A DNA stretch of 63,319 nt, filler included, from Octopus bimaculoides (taxonomy: Eukaryota): NCBI RefSeq assembly GCF_001194135.2. It is 8 parts of 6 records of this genome, joined end to end, with 100 filler letters (N's around TTAATTAATTAA, not from the genome) between each part and the next. Parts side by side here need not be neighbours in the genome. Positions count along the whole stretch, not along the records: positions 60,882 to 63,319 come from NW_026355347.1; 7 more parts are not named here. One strand, 5' to 3'. The notes beneath the pieces were generated by a model that was not told the origin of the DNA, ran no database searches, and saw nothing but the letters and a program-made list of their open reading frames with translations. Position numbers and translations under genes: made by a program. This document shows, piece after piece, positions 62,270 through 63,319 of this stretch; the stretch's first letter is position 1; each line of letters starts with the position of its first letter.

Positions 62270-62652
62270 ATCAATCTCTTACTTCTTTCACCCGTTGGAC
62301 TGCGGCCATGTTTGGGGAACCACCTTGAACTTGGAGATTTTAGTTTAACAAATCGACCCTAGTAATTATTTTTTTAAAAGTCGGGTACTTTATCGGTTTC
62401 TTTTTACCGAACCGTTAGATTACGAGGACGTAAAAAAATCAAGACCGGTTGTCAAGCGGTGGTGCAGGACAAACACAAACGCAAAGACGCGCAAGCGCAG
62501 GCGCCCCCCCCCCACACACAGAGGGAAACTTCCACACAGTGGCCACTCACGAGGCTAACGCAAGGGACTGTTGTTCGGTTGTGCAGTGAGATCTAATTCC
62601 TAATCACGTGATTGCTCAACAACATTCCCAACCAGGCAACCATATCTGCGCC
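62270..62652 (-). mobile_element. Diverged family A SINE
   Basis: GACTGCGGCCATG..CGGTTGTCAAGCG..GACAAACAC matches 13740-13910; the head is diverged. Confidence 0.72.
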
Positions 62653-62984
62653 CATTAAACTTCTTTTCTCTATAATACAATGTCAAGGTTGTTGATGCCA
62701 CCTTCCTTCAGTTTTCGCTCAAATCAAATTCTAAAGAAATCTATTTATAGTTTACTTAACAATCTGTAAGTTCACCAATTAAAATTCAATATATTCTTAC
62801 TTTAACCTAGAATTGAACCTTGAAACACATGTGCCTATATTATTTTTCTTTTCCAAAAGAAAAATTAGCTTCGCTAACACAAAGACTAACTCACTTGAGA
62901 TCGTAGGAAAATAAATGAATGAATCTGATGCGACACGATGCCACTACCCCGATGTTTATAAATATATATTTATAAGGCATTCAC

Positions 62985-63045
62985 AAACACACACATGCAC
63001 GCACACACATACATTTACACGAATGTACAAGTATATACATGAATG

Positions 63046-63077
<32 letters not shown>

Positions 63078-63319
63078 TTTATACACACCTACACACACAC
63101 ACACACACACACAACTATTTATAAAAATGTATATATGTTTGTGTATATGTATAACTTTCTTTCTGTATATATATATATGTATGTGTGTGTATATATATAT
63201 ATATATGACTCTCTTCCTCTCACTCCCTCTCTCCCTATATATACATATATACATATATATATATATAAATATAAATATATTTATATGTATATGCATATAA
63301 ATATATATATATATATATA
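62985..63319. repeat. (CA)/(TATG)/(TA) microsatellite region
   Basis: Low-complexity tandem units to the window end. Confidence 0.93.

Overview
AT-rich, microsatellite-dense, repeat-dominated eukaryotic DNA, most consistent with a coleoid cephalopod (Octopus-like) draft assembly. That assignment is inferred from the tRNA-SINEs, RTE tails and C2H2 zinc-finger cluster and is not confirmed. Seven identical 100-nt linkers (N44-TTAATTAATTAA-N44) show the window is eight joined scaffolds, so adjacency across linkers is not biological. Host coding content is small: one 12-finger C2H2 zinc-finger ORF (27348-28481), a decayed paralogue about 4 kb downstream, and a gap-bounded TRIM/NHL-like fragment. 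The rest is transposon debris: Gypsy, Penelope, R4/Dong, CRE, RTE, CR1, L1-Tx1, Helitron, MITEs and several SINE families. The most notable items are two hammerhead-ribozyme folds (7870-7922 beside a Penelope RT; 35841-35884, minimal type), Dong elements nested in (TAA)n, a tail-out inverted CRE pair between two TTAGGG-bearing MITEs, a long foldback, and a structured ~66-bp tandem unit in the RTE 3' region. Nearly all other ORFs in the track are microsatellite or N-gap artefacts. Boundaries of decayed repeats are approximate.
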